A stretch of 64,000 nucleotides of DNA from a virus. The stretch covers positions 1 through 64,000 of the IMG/VR virus record IMGVR_UViG_3300025695_001209. One strand, written 5' to 3'. Below the pieces are notes generated by a model. That model made no database searches. It saw nothing but the letters and a program-made list of their open reading frames with translations, and was not told the origin of the DNA. The position numbers and the translations under genes are program-made. Of this stretch, positions 42,382 through 52,055 are shown one piece after another (position 1 is the stretch's first letter; each line of letters opens with the position of its first letter).

Positions 42382-42551
42382 TGTATTTTAATTTTAATTA
42401 TTTTTTAGTTTATTACTTATAAATAGTTGGGGTAGGTAAAATTTTTCTATTTACTTTTAATCTTATTTTCAGATAATATAAAAACTAACTAGTAAAATAT
42501 ATTATATCTTTTTAATTGATTTTAAAATATAAAAATAAATACTAGTATATA

Positions 42552-43403
42552 TTATACTTCTTTTTTCTCTCCTCCTTTAGTTAAATAAGTTTTAACTGGT
42601 TTATCATCTTTATATTCTTTATCCAGAAAATCTTTTATTGAATCAATATTTCCGGGGTCATCGTCTGAAAACCCAATCATAGGTACAAAGTTGTTTTTTA
42701 TGTCATTTTTAAAGAAAGCTCTTTGATTTAACTTTGAGGACATTTCTTTAACGTATGAAATGAAGTCTCTTAAAGCCTTAATCTTTCCTTCTTCAGGATT
42801 AGCTGCACTACCTTCTCCATATGTCACTGGATGAAACTTCAGTAAGTTTAGGTACATTTCAATCATATCATCATCAGTCATATCATCTTCACCCGTAAAG
42901 TCACGGTATTTTTTAAGATTACTAATTAATGTATCTTTACTAATACCCTTATGGTTAGTCATAATCATGTTATAGACCGCATCTCTTAAAACTGAAGGTG
43001 TATGTCCACGAGCAGTTATTATAGAGAATATTGACCCTCCGTTCACCGCTTCCACAAAATCACTCCATGAAGGTCCTTCATCCGCAACCATTGCATCTAC
43101 AATAAATTGTGAATCTCCCTTTACAGTAAAGTTTCTATATGGGTCTTCAGCATAACCTACAATATTATCACCATTATACATGAATGGTTCCTTACCTAAA
43201 ACCCCACGATACTCTGCGAAGTCTTCAGTTGACATACCCACCTCTTTACCATCGTCGGTTAAAACCATTATTTGAGTTGGCATGTTCAAAATGTTATCGT
43301 CCCAATCAAAAGCGTAATACTTTAAGTCGGGATTACCAACATCGTCAAAACCTTCTTTCAGCTCTTTTTCTTCGATGTACTCTCTTAAAATTTTACGAAC
43401 CAT
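42552..43403 (-). CDS. HAD-superfamily phosphatase-like protein
   Basis: Motif I AFDWDDNI, motif II IITARGH, motif III Lys (EEGKIK), motif IV GFSDDD. Confidence 0.75.
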   Translation of the reverse strand: MVRKILREYIEEKELKEGFDDVGNPDLKYYAFDWDDNILNMPTQIMVLTDDGKEVGMSTEDFAEYRGVLGKEPFMYNGDNIVGYAEDPYRNFTVKGDSQFIVDAMVADEGPSWSDFVEAVNGGSIFSIITARGHTPSVLRDAVYNMIMTNHKGISKDTLISNLKKYRDFTGEDDMTDDDMIEMYLNLLKFHPVTYGEGSAANPEEGKIKALRDFISYVKEMSSKLNQRAFFKNDIKNNFVPMIGFSDDDPGNIDSIKDFLDKEYKDDKPVKTYLTKGGEKKEV

Positions 43404-43546
43404 TACTTTTTAGTGTTAATTTTCTCGATTAATCTCTCTAATTGTGTTTCTGAAATTACAATATTTTGTGGTTTTTCAGAAAAAGTCTTAACTCCATTAC
43501 CCTTAATATTAAGGTGTTCCGATAATATAGATTTTTTAAATTTCAT
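43403..43546 (-). CDS. Small hypothetical protein (47 aa)
   Basis: MKFKKSILSEHLNIKGNGVKTFSEKPQNIVISETQLERLIEKINTKK. Stop overlaps the HAD start (TAATG), with an A-rich leader. Confidence 0.7.
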   Translation of the reverse strand: MKFKKSILSEHLNIKGNGVKTFSEKPQNIVISETQLERLIEKINTKK

Positions 43547-43577
43547 TTTTTTTTGTTTAAACGTTTAATTATGGCTA

Positions 43578-43602
43578 ATGGGGACCACCATGTAGTCCCC
43601 AT
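43578..43602 (-). other. RNA hairpin downstream of the sheath gene, no U-tract
   Basis: ATGGGGAC-N9-GTCCCCAT, extendable by G-U pairing on the minus strand. Confidence 0.55.
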
Positions 43603-43622
43603 GTTAATATAAATATGTCGAA

Positions 43623-46600
43623 TTAGATATCTTCGAACGATGCTCCTGTTGGAGTTATCAAGAATTCAATATCAATGAATTCAAGTGCTCTCGTTGGTTT
43701 TAAATAAATCTTACCTGTTAACGTGTTATTATCCAAATCTTCAGGTGTGTTTTCAACAACAACACGGAAGTCAATAAGACCTCTATCTCTTCTAATTGAG
43801 TCTAATATCGGATTAACAGCGTCTAAGAAATCTTGTCTTACTTGGTCATCATTTTGTTCAAATAACAATCTAACAGCTACTGCCGAAATTAATTTACGTG
43901 CTTGTAGTAACAATCTTCTTACATTTATTCTATCAAGTGCTGACTCTCTAAGTTGTAGAGTTTTATTACCCCAAATTACAGTACCAACATCAGAGAAGGT
44001 TGCAATTGGGTTTAGTCTACCTTGATATAGTGTATCTCTATCTTCCTGCGTTAACTTCTTACGTGCCTTAACAGCGTTAACCAAACCTCTTGTGTAACCA
44101 GCAGTTGCGAACCAAGGGAAAGCCACGTTATCTGTTAATGCTAAGTTTTTAACAACTTCAGATGTTGGTGGAATGTAAACTTGTGTATTATTCACACCAT
44201 CTCTTGTTAAAATCCATGGGTAATAAGTTGCAGTGTAGTTAGAATCAATATCTGACTCCTCTAAATTATCAACTGACTCATCAGGGTAGATAAAGTCCGT
44301 ATCAAATGAAGATGTGTTAGGAACATACATGTTGTAATCAGGTGTAGTACAGATGTAGATTGAATCTGCTCTGTCTGTTTCAATCATATCAACCGCATCC
44401 TCAACTAAGTTTGAGTGATTAACATAATCAATACCTGGTGTTACAAATATGTTGATGTTTACTGCTTCAGGGTTTTCAAATGTTTTCTGACCCATTAAGT
44501 AAGCGTAGTAATCACTATTCGCCCAATCAGTAGTGTCTTCTCCAACTGCAATTTGTTTGAATTGTCCCCATCCTGTTGCGGTTGGGAATGATACTGAAGG
44601 TGCTGAACCAGCTAAATATCCTGTACCACCCAATCTAAATGTGTCTTGATTAGAACGGAATTGTCTATAAATGTCCCATCCATCAAAACCACCTTTAGCC
44701 AATAAAGTAAATTTACGAGAATTTAATTTATAGTAAGGGTTACTTTGTAACGTAGGGTCAGTAGTGAAACTAGCTGAACCAACATCAAACGCTGAAGTTC
44801 CTGAAGAAACATACTGTCCTGAAATTGTAACAACTGTTGCTCCTGAATCCATATGGAAACCTTTAGTTAAGTAAGCCCAATCAGTACTTTCAGTTGCGGT
44901 TGAAAGGTTTGATGGGTTTTGTTTACCACCGTATTTAAAGAAGTCAGAATCAATACCAACGGTATTTGATATACCCAAGTATGTTTTTCTAACTTTATCA
45001 CCTGAACTTCTTGTTGAATTGTCTAATCCTGTTGTTGTCCCAAATGGTGGGTTATAAATAACTTCACCTGGTGTATTGTATTTTGTTTTATATTCTACGA
45101 ATGGACTTCTTGCTCCTGAGTATTCTCTCATTACGTAACCTTCAAACCCACATGGTAGTGCGTCTACAGGTGCGTCTTCGTCCATATCTAACATTATGTA
45201 TCTTGATTTAAGTTCAAACTCACCGTTAGATGTACCAATTTTCTTAGCCACATAACCATTTTCACCTGGACTCATAGTACAGTTAGTAAACTTCTCAATA
45301 ATAACAGGATTAGCATCCGTATCAAAGTAGTCACGAACAATAACATCAAAAGTATTATTTGAGAATGACATATTCGCCAATGAAACTTTTACTAAGTTGT
45401 TTGCTGCATTACCATCGGATATTAAGACAAATCTAAATAACCTATCTACTTTTGTACCTCTTAATTCTGAAACTAAGAATGGAGTTGACGGTGTTTGATA
45501 TTGTTCTAAATACCAACCGATTGATGTGTTGCCACCGTTGTCGTTTCTTGCTGATGGTAAAGAAACCAAGTCACAGTTAAGACCTCTTATTTTACCTAAC
45601 CTATAACCTTGTGTTAATAGTGAGTAATAAGACTCCTCAACAAATAATGGGAATTCACTACTTGTTTTACCGAAGTTAGTTGAACCAAATACTTTAGTTA
45701 AATAATTTGTATCAGATAAGTTAAATGATGTTTTGAATGAGAATGTCCCACCGTTATTTGTAATACCTGAAATCGCAAATGGAGAATACGGATTCTTTTG
45801 AACATCAGCGTAAGCCCCTGAACAATCCATAACTACTTGTGTTAAGCCACTAATATTATAAACTGGTCCACCATCTGAATTACTATTATTACCTCTTGAA
45901 CGTAGAGTTGCCACAACAACATCGTTATATTCGGTAAACGCCGAAGCCGAGTATGTTAATACTGAACCACTAACCGTCCCTGAAAAACTTCCTGATACAC
46001 CTGTACCTGTTAATGATGTAATTGCCGAGTTAAATGACATACCACTATAGTTATCATTTGAACCTGGTTCAAATGCTCCATAGTACCATGGGTCCATTAA
46101 AGAATCATCATAATCTGCAATTGAATCATATAAACCATCAACACCTAAACTATTAGTTATTGCCGTGTATCCTTGACCCGTAAATGAGTTATATACCGCA
46201 TCTGTCACAACACCCCACTGTGAACCTGTCGTCGCACTTAGTGAATTGTCTAATAATGCATTATGTATAAATGTTTGCATCTGAGTCAACATTGTTGTTG
46301 AGTCTCCATTATATAATGTAATCGTGTCATTAATATAATCAGATATAGGTGACGGGAACGCTCCAAGACTAACTGATGTTGTCGAACCTGTTGAACCTGT
46401 GAAATCCACAGACCACGTTGTTACAGTTGGTGTTGATAAAGTTGATGGGTCTAAGTTTGCTTGTGTCGTAATTGACCAAGAAGGACCTGCGTCGTAACCT
46501 GATAAACCTAATACTCTCGTTACGAATAGTTGATTAGATTGTTGTAAATATGCTTTAGCGATGTAAGCCGCTTCATATTTTGGGATTTGTGTGTTAACAA

Positions 46601-46799
46601 ATTTGGTTGGGTTTGTCCCTCCGAAGTAAGATTGGAACTCGTCAAAGCCTGAGATAAAAATTGGTTCAAATGCTGGACCTGTTAAAGTCTCACCAACTAA
46701 ACCTAAAGTCGTTACCCCAACACTTTGTGCCACGAAACTCAAATCTCTTTCTGATGTGTAAACACCTGGAGAAACGAATACTTTGTTTGATACTGCCAT
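43623..46799 (-). CDS. Contractile tail sheath protein
   Basis: 1058 aa. VSPGVYTSERD, YTATYYPW, PWFATAGYTRG, VIWGNKTLQ, DRINVRRLL, LFEQND, IYLKPTRALEFIDIEF. Confidence 0.96.
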   Translation of the reverse strand: MAVSNKVFVSPGVYTSERDLSFVAQSVGVTTLGLVGETLTGPAFEPIFISGFDEFQSYFGGTNPTKFVNTQIPKYEAAYIAKAYLQQSNQLFVTRVLGLSGYDAGPSWSITTQANLDPSTLSTPTVTTWSVDFTGSTGSTTSVSLGAFPSPISDYINDTITLYNGDSTTMLTQMQTFIHNALLDNSLSATTGSQWGVVTDAVYNSFTGQGYTAITNSLGVDGLYDSIADYDDSLMDPWYYGAFEPGSNDNYSGMSFNSAITSLTGTGVSGSFSGTVSGSVLTYSASAFTEYNDVVVATLRSRGNNSNSDGGPVYNISGLTQVVMDCSGAYADVQKNPYSPFAISGITNNGGTFSFKTSFNLSDTNYLTKVFGSTNFGKTSSEFPLFVEESYYSLLTQGYRLGKIRGLNCDLVSLPSARNDNGGNTSIGWYLEQYQTPSTPFLVSELRGTKVDRLFRFVLISDGNAANNLVKVSLANMSFSNNTFDVIVRDYFDTDANPVIIEKFTNCTMSPGENGYVAKKIGTSNGEFELKSRYIMLDMDEDAPVDALPCGFEGYVMREYSGARSPFVEYKTKYNTPGEVIYNPPFGTTTGLDNSTRSSGDKVRKTYLGISNTVGIDSDFFKYGGKQNPSNLSTATESTDWAYLTKGFHMDSGATVVTISGQYVSSGTSAFDVGSASFTTDPTLQSNPYYKLNSRKFTLLAKGGFDGWDIYRQFRSNQDTFRLGGTGYLAGSAPSVSFPTATGWGQFKQIAVGEDTTDWANSDYYAYLMGQKTFENPEAVNINIFVTPGIDYVNHSNLVEDAVDMIETDRADSIYICTTPDYNMYVPNTSSFDTDFIYPDESVDNLEESDIDSNYTATYYPWILTRDGVNNTQVYIPPTSEVVKNLALTDNVAFPWFATAGYTRGLVNAVKARKKLTQEDRDTLYQGRLNPIATFSDVGTVIWGNKTLQLRESALDRINVRRLLLQARKLISAVAVRLLFEQNDDQVRQDFLDAVNPILDSIRRDRGLIDFRVVVENTPEDLDNNTLTGKIYLKPTRALEFIDIEFLITPTGASFEDI

Positions 46800-46867
46800 G
46801 TTTTTTAATTTCTTTTAGAATTTATTTTATAATAAATATTTAGAAAAAACGCAAAAAACATTCACTG

Positions 46868-46918
46868 AGGTAGCATATTTATAAAATAGGCAGTATTTAT
46901 TCTGCCTTTTTTCTACCT
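46868..46918. promoter_or_regulatory. Candidate operator array AGGYAG / CTRCCT overlapping TATTTAT motifs in the divergent sheath / RHH region
   Basis: AGGTAG at 46868, AGGCAG at 46888, CTGCCT at 46902, CTACCT at 46913. Confidence 0.45.
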
Positions 46919-46924
46919 TTATTT

Positions 46925-47074
46925 ATGAAAGAAATTAAAAATATTAAAATATCGACAGAAGTTCACTCAACATTAAAAACGTATTGTGAAGATAATGGTT
47001 TAAAAATGTATAAGTTTTTAGAGAAAATGATTATGGAAAAATGTTCGAAACCTAAAGATATTTACGGTGAGTAA
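46925..47074 (+). CDS. Small ribbon-helix-helix-like DNA-binding protein
   Basis: 49 aa, not in the ORF track: MKEIKNIKISTEVHSTLKTYCEDNGLKMYKFLEKMIMEKC. Beta-strand KNIKIS then helix-G-helix, the CopG/Arc pattern. Confidence 0.7.
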   Translation: MKEIKNIKISTEVHSTLKTYCEDNGLKMYKFLEKMIMEKCSKPKDIYGE

Positions 47075-48112
47075 TTAAATCAGTTTTGCCGTTGTGAATA
47101 TCTGAGATTCACCAATAGATTTTTTAACGACAACAAACTTAACCAAATCATTAGTATTTACCTGAATTTTTGTTATGTTATCACCAACATAGTCATTATT
47201 AATGTACACTGAGAAACTATCCACATTGAAAGTTTCATTTAAATGTAGGTCGGCACTATACCTAAATGTTTCACTTAATTCTGTATTACCACTAACAAAA
47301 AGTAAATCAACAGGGAACTCATTTGGGTTTTCAGGTTGAGGATTAACCTTCACTGACTTATTAAGTTGAGGTATTTCAAACATTGTCAATGCTCTCGACA
47401 CACCTGGACTTACCTCAAACTCATCTTCATCCATTAAAAACCCTAACATAGTAAACTCGTAGTTTTGTATGTAGTATTTTCTTTTATCAATGTCCATAAC
47501 TGATTCATCTGAAATGTTATTTAAAACAATAGGAATGTAATGTCCTTTAATAATTGTGTATGCTTGTCGAGAAGAAAATTTCTGTAAAACATTTTTGTTA
47601 AACTCATTTAACCCTCTCATTCGATTAACAAATATTTTAACATTATATGTTATATCGACAGGTATTGGCTGAGGTATCTTATAAACATCTACACCTTTTC
47701 TTTGTCCGTCCCATGTCGGAACCTTGGCATAATAAAATTGTTTTCTATTAGGTATTGTGTATTGTAAAGATGGGTTAGTACCATAAGGGACTTCAGGTTG
47801 TCTAACAGTAGTAATAAATGGGGGTTTAACGTTTTTATCTAAATCTTGGAAATTCCAAGTTTCTGTAAATTGAGACCAATTCTGTGTTGTGATAATAATA
47901 TCTACAGTAGGAACGGTGTTACCGTCCATAAAAGTTTTTAAATCTTCTTTTACGAAATCTAACATTCCTCGGTCCAAATCAGCATGACCAATACCTTTAG
48001 GTAGGTATGTTCCGTCCTTTTGAATATCATCTAAAAGTTGAATCCTCCTATCTAACCCTGTTTTTTTAGGAATTAAATCAATCGTTTTTTTTATCTTTTT
48101 TGGTAATGCCAT
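47075..48112 (-). CDS. Tail terminator / sheath stabiliser-like neck protein (T4 gp15-like)
   Basis: 345 aa. PQPIPVDITYNVKIF...YIQNYEFTMLG. Located between the head-closure-like gene and sheath. Confidence 0.55.
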   Translation of the reverse strand: MALPKKIKKTIDLIPKKTGLDRRIQLLDDIQKDGTYLPKGIGHADLDRGMLDFVKEDLKTFMDGNTVPTVDIIITTQNWSQFTETWNFQDLDKNVKPPFITTVRQPEVPYGTNPSLQYTIPNRKQFYYAKVPTWDGQRKGVDVYKIPQPIPVDITYNVKIFVNRMRGLNEFNKNVLQKFSSRQAYTIIKGHYIPIVLNNISDESVMDIDKRKYYIQNYEFTMLGFLMDEDEFEVSPGVSRALTMFEIPQLNKSVKVNPQPENPNEFPVDLLFVSGNTELSETFRYSADLHLNETFNVDSFSVYINNDYVGDNITKIQVNTNDLVKFVVVKKSIGESQIFTTAKLI

Positions 48113-48627
48113 TATATTCCGTTGAATTCATCATTTGACACCGGCGACGCCACAATACTCCTGTAATATGGTTTATAACCACCATATGTATGCCTGTTAT
48201 CTGAGGTGATACGACCGTCATCAGCAACGGAGTAGTATCTAACTCTATCTTCTTTTTCATAATAACCAATATAATCACCAAACTCGATATCGACACCCAT
48301 CTCATCTAAGTATGATTGGTATATACCGATTTTTAAGTTTCCTGGTTCTACTTGTCCGATTTTTGAGTTACCCATAAACGCGTTTGTCGGTGCTTCAATC
48401 TGAACATAACCTTTAAGTTCTATAGGTGCTCGATACTGAACCCCTTCGGAAACTACCTCACCATAAACATCGTCTTTCTTAGTTCGTTGTCTATCTACAC
48501 GATATAACACAAACGTGAAATTCATATCACCATGTAACCATTCTTGGCCCATGGAGATATCTAAATCAAAATCTTCTTCAGCGAAGAATTTACTTAATCT
48601 CGTTATTGGTACTTTTCTTTGACTCAT
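48112..48627 (-). CDS. Head closure / neck protein (T4 gp14-like); start reassigned to MSQRKVP
   Basis: FVLYRVD...DDVYGE...IEFGDYI...YYSV. The longer ORF-track start overlaps the divergent helicase gene. Two TATTTAT motifs lie just upstream of the ATG at 48627. Confidence 0.6.
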   Translation of the reverse strand: MSQRKVPITRLSKFFAEEDFDLDISMGQEWLHGDMNFTFVLYRVDRQRTKKDDVYGEVVSEGVQYRAPIELKGYVQIEAPTNAFMGNSKIGQVEPGNLKIGIYQSYLDEMGVDIEFGDYIGYYEKEDRVRYYSVADDGRITSDNRHTYGGYKPYYRSIVASPVSNDEFNGI

Positions 48628-48676
48628 CAATTGATAAATATCTATAAATAGATTATATTTAAATGTATTTACATGT

Positions 48677-50431
48677 ATGAAAGAAAATAATTTGGTTTCA
48701 AACGTCCCTGAAATAAGGGCCACCCGTATTTTAGAAGAGTACGAGGGGTATAACAATTATATACTTTTGTTAAAGAAAAAAATGCAAATTAAAAAACATT
48801 TTAAAATAACAAGGGCACAATCAGACTATGTAATCGACTTTCACGAGTTACAACCAAAAATCGCAAGAAAATGGGTTGAGTTAGATGAGTACTTCGGAAA
48901 TAAAATGAAAGAGGAAAAATTACTTCCCAAAAGACCCACTCAAATTTATGTTGAAAAAATATTAGTCGAAAAAGATAAATCGTTCCACATATATGGGAAA
49001 CTTTTTGAATCTGAAGACCTACATGATTTTTGGTTACCAAAAGCAGCAGTTATACAAAATAAAGAAAGGAAAGTCGAAATAGACTACACCAAATACTCAC
49101 ATAGACCACCTTTAGAACATCAAAAGCTGGCTGTTGAAAAATTAGTCGGTAACGATAAATATATTTTGGCGGATGATATGGGTCTTGGTAAAACAACCGC
49201 AACCGTAATGGCTGCGTTGGAAACAGGTGCAAAAAAGATATTAATTATATGTCCAGCATCATTAAAAATCAATTGGCAACGAGAGATTGAAAATTATACA
49301 GATAAGTCAATATCAATAGTTGAGGGTAAGAAATGGGAACCTGCTGACTTTATGATTATAAATTTCGATATACTAAAAAACTTCCATAACCTTAAAAAGG
49401 TAAAGGAATCGATAATACTGAACTACGGTTTTGATGTCGTGATAGTTGATGAGGCACATTATATACAAAACAAACAAGCCCAAAGAACAAAAATAGCCAA
49501 CGATATTTGTAATAAGGTCGGTAAAGTATGGTTACTAACAGGTACACCAATGACATCAAGACCAATTAACTACTTTAACTTATTAGATTTAGTTGACTCA
49601 CCTGTGGCATATAATTGGATGGCCTACGCGATTCGTTATTGTGAGGGGTATCAATTTAATGTAGGAAATAGAAAAGTTTGGAATGTTAACGGTTCTTCTA
49701 ATTTGATAGAATTAAGAGATAGAACAAAACCACACGTACTTAGACGATTAAAAGAAGATATATTGGACTTACCTGATAAAATATTAACACCCGTTTATTT
49801 ACGACTAAAATCAAAACAATATGAAGCACTTATGGGTGAGTACTTTGATTGGTATGAAAATTCAGAGGAATCTTCCTCATTAACCGTGCAGTTCTCAAAA
49901 CTAATGAAAGTCAGACAAATCATAGCAGAAGAAAAGGTTAGAGACACCATCGAGATTGCACAAAACATCATAGAACAAGGAAAAAAAGTTATTATTTTTA
50001 CAAACTTTACAGATACATTAAATCAAATAAAATCTCATTTTGGTAAAGACGCTGTGACATTAGACGGTAAAATGTCTAAACCCGCACGACAACACTCAGT
50101 TGATGAATTTCAAACAAACGATAAGGTTAAGGTTTTCGTTGGAAATCTGAAAGCTGCTGGTGTCGGGATTACATTGACATCTGCCGAAGCAGTAATAATG
50201 AATGATTTATCATTTGTACCCTCAGACCATTCACAGGCTGAGGACAGAGCTTATAGATACGGTCAAAAGTCTAACGTATCTGTCTTTTATCCGATATTTG
50301 AAAACTCTATCGAGGGTGCAATATACGACATATTATCAAAAAAGAAAAACGTTTTTGAAACTGTTATGGGGGATAATGAAGATAAGGGGAGTATTGTTGA
50401 AGAAATATTAAATACTATCACAAGAAGATAG
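48677..50431 (+). CDS. SNF2-family (SMARCAL1/HARP-like) helicase
   Basis: LADDMGLGKT, ICPASLKINWQREI, DEAH, LTGTP, LRRLKED, AAGVGITLT, QAEDRAYRYGQ. Confidence 0.93.
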   Translation: MKENNLVSNVPEIRATRILEEYEGYNNYILLLKKKMQIKKHFKITRAQSDYVIDFHELQPKIARKWVELDEYFGNKMKEEKLLPKRPTQIYVEKILVEKDKSFHIYGKLFESEDLHDFWLPKAAVIQNKERKVEIDYTKYSHRPPLEHQKLAVEKLVGNDKYILADDMGLGKTTATVMAALETGAKKILIICPASLKINWQREIENYTDKSISIVEGKKWEPADFMIINFDILKNFHNLKKVKESIILNYGFDVVIVDEAHYIQNKQAQRTKIANDICNKVGKVWLLTGTPMTSRPINYFNLLDLVDSPVAYNWMAYAIRYCEGYQFNVGNRKVWNVNGSSNLIELRDRTKPHVLRRLKEDILDLPDKILTPVYLRLKSKQYEALMGEYFDWYENSEESSSLTVQFSKLMKVRQIIAEEKVRDTIEIAQNIIEQGKKVIIFTNFTDTLNQIKSHFGKDAVTLDGKMSKPARQHSVDEFQTNDKVKVFVGNLKAAGVGITLTSAEAVIMNDLSFVPSDHSQAEDRAYRYGQKSNVSVFYPIFENSIEGAIYDILSKKKNVFETVMGDNEDKGSIVEEILNTITRR

Positions 50432-50476
50432 TACATTTTTCTCATATGGTGTTATTTATATAAAAAACACATAATT

Positions 50477-52012
50477 ATGAAGTTTAAAAAAAGCCAAGAA
50501 CGAATTCAAGATATTGAAAAAACAATTAATGAATCAGAAAACAATCAAAAAATAAATGAAAATGTTAAAGGAGTAAAAAGAATAACGGCAATTAAGTTAC
50601 CTTATTCATACTCATCTTTAAGTCGTTTCATCGATAAAGAAACGATGAATGTTCATTACAATCAACACTATAAAGGGTATCTTAAAAAACTCAACAAGGC
50701 GTTAGAGTCGGTTAAGGACGAAGACTTAGAATTGGAACAGATTGTAAAGGGAATATCTCGTTACAATCAAACCATCAAAAATAACGCTGGTGGGGCATAT
50801 AACCACGAGTTATTTTGGCAAATGATGTCACCAAAACCACAACAACCAAATGGTCCAGTACTTGACAAAATTAAGCGTAAATTCAAAACTTTCGCCAATT
50901 TCAAAAAAGAATTTAAGAACAAATCATTATCTAAGTTTGGTTCAGGTTGGGTATGGTTGGTTCTAACAAAGAGTGGTGATGTTAAAATTATTACGACAAC
51001 CAATCAAGATAACCCGTTAATGAATACTGTAAAATTCGGTGGAATACCTTTATTAGGGTTAGACCTTTGGGAACACGCATATTATCTAAAATATAAAAAT
51101 AGAAGAAATGAATATGTTGATAATTTCTTTAAGGTGATTAATTGGTCGTTCGTAAACAAACAATTCGACACACATCAAAAAGGTAAGCTTAACGAGTCGA
51201 AAGTTGTGAAAGCACTTATTAGTGAAGGACTCTCTAAAGGATGTTCACCACAACAAGTGAATACATATCGAATGGTTTTCAATAGAAACCCACAAGTCAA
51301 AAAGAAGTTTATGTATGCAATTATGGATATACTAAAAGAAGTTTATTCAGAATTTCATTACGAAAAAAATCAATACGCAGATGGTCAAATGTCAGGGATT
51401 TATGATTTCGAACAACCAGGTCGTTCAGTCATAAATAAGTTGAACACAAACTACTCGGCCTTCTGTATTTTAGTGAATGACCTCAACGCAGTGTTAAAAC
51501 ATTATGGGCAGGACCCATTAAACTTTGTGGGTGTTAGTGACAAACAACAACTACGTGAAGTGCAAAGAATGATTAAATTGATGGTTCAGTTTAGATATAG
51601 GATTTTTAATCAAGAATCAGGGACATTCCAAAGTATCATGGCATCTTTAGATAAGACCAATAAGTTTGGTGATGAAAGAGAAATAAAGGCCGTCATTAAT
51701 ATGAAAAATATTTTTAATACTAAAAAAGTATTTAAAGTTGGTGAATTAGGTGGTAAAGATGATATGATTGGTGGTATCGATGCGACTGTTGAAATAGACG
51801 GACAAACAAAAACCATACAGGTTAAACCATTTAATAATACCGAAGAAAATGAAGATAGGACTACGGTATTTGGTACGGGTAATGTTAAACCATATAAAAC
51901 CGATTACATGTGTTTTCATAGTGATACAAAAGGAACTTTAGTGTTTAAAAATGACGACACTAAAATTGTTAATGGTAGGTATACTTTCCCTTCTGATAGT
52001 TTAGTGAATTAA
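50477..52012 (+). CDS. sodA: Fe/Mn superoxide dismutase fused to a C-terminal PD-(D/E)XK-like domain
   Basis: LPYSYSSL, VHYNQHYKGY, NAGGAYNHELFW, FGSGWVWL, TTNQDNP, LDLWEHAYY supply all four metal ligands. About 270 extra C-terminal aa include DDMIGGIDATV...TIQVKP. Confidence 0.85.
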   Translation: MKFKKSQERIQDIEKTINESENNQKINENVKGVKRITAIKLPYSYSSLSRFIDKETMNVHYNQHYKGYLKKLNKALESVKDEDLELEQIVKGISRYNQTIKNNAGGAYNHELFWQMMSPKPQQPNGPVLDKIKRKFKTFANFKKEFKNKSLSKFGSGWVWLVLTKSGDVKIITTTNQDNPLMNTVKFGGIPLLGLDLWEHAYYLKYKNRRNEYVDNFFKVINWSFVNKQFDTHQKGKLNESKVVKALISEGLSKGCSPQQVNTYRMVFNRNPQVKKKFMYAIMDILKEVYSEFHYEKNQYADGQMSGIYDFEQPGRSVINKLNTNYSAFCILVNDLNAVLKHYGQDPLNFVGVSDKQQLREVQRMIKLMVQFRYRIFNQESGTFQSIMASLDKTNKFGDEREIKAVINMKNIFNTKKVFKVGELGGKDDMIGGIDATVEIDGQTKTIQVKPFNNTEENEDRTTVFGTGNVKPYKTDYMCFHSDTKGTLVFKNDDTKIVNGRYTFPSDSLVN

Positions 52013-52055
52013 AAATAAACGCATAAAACCAGATATTTATATATAAAACGTCAAT

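Noticed and set aside
48628-48756. N-terminal extension of the 214-aa ORF
   Set aside because: It overlaps the divergent SNF2 gene and promoter motifs. ATG at 48627 is the better start.
48677-52012. SNF2 helicase plus nuclease read as a bacterial anti-phage defence island
   Set aside because: Context is wholly phage. The two genes have different upstream promoter types, and no methylase or other defence partner is adjacent. A functional link is not excluded but is unsupported.
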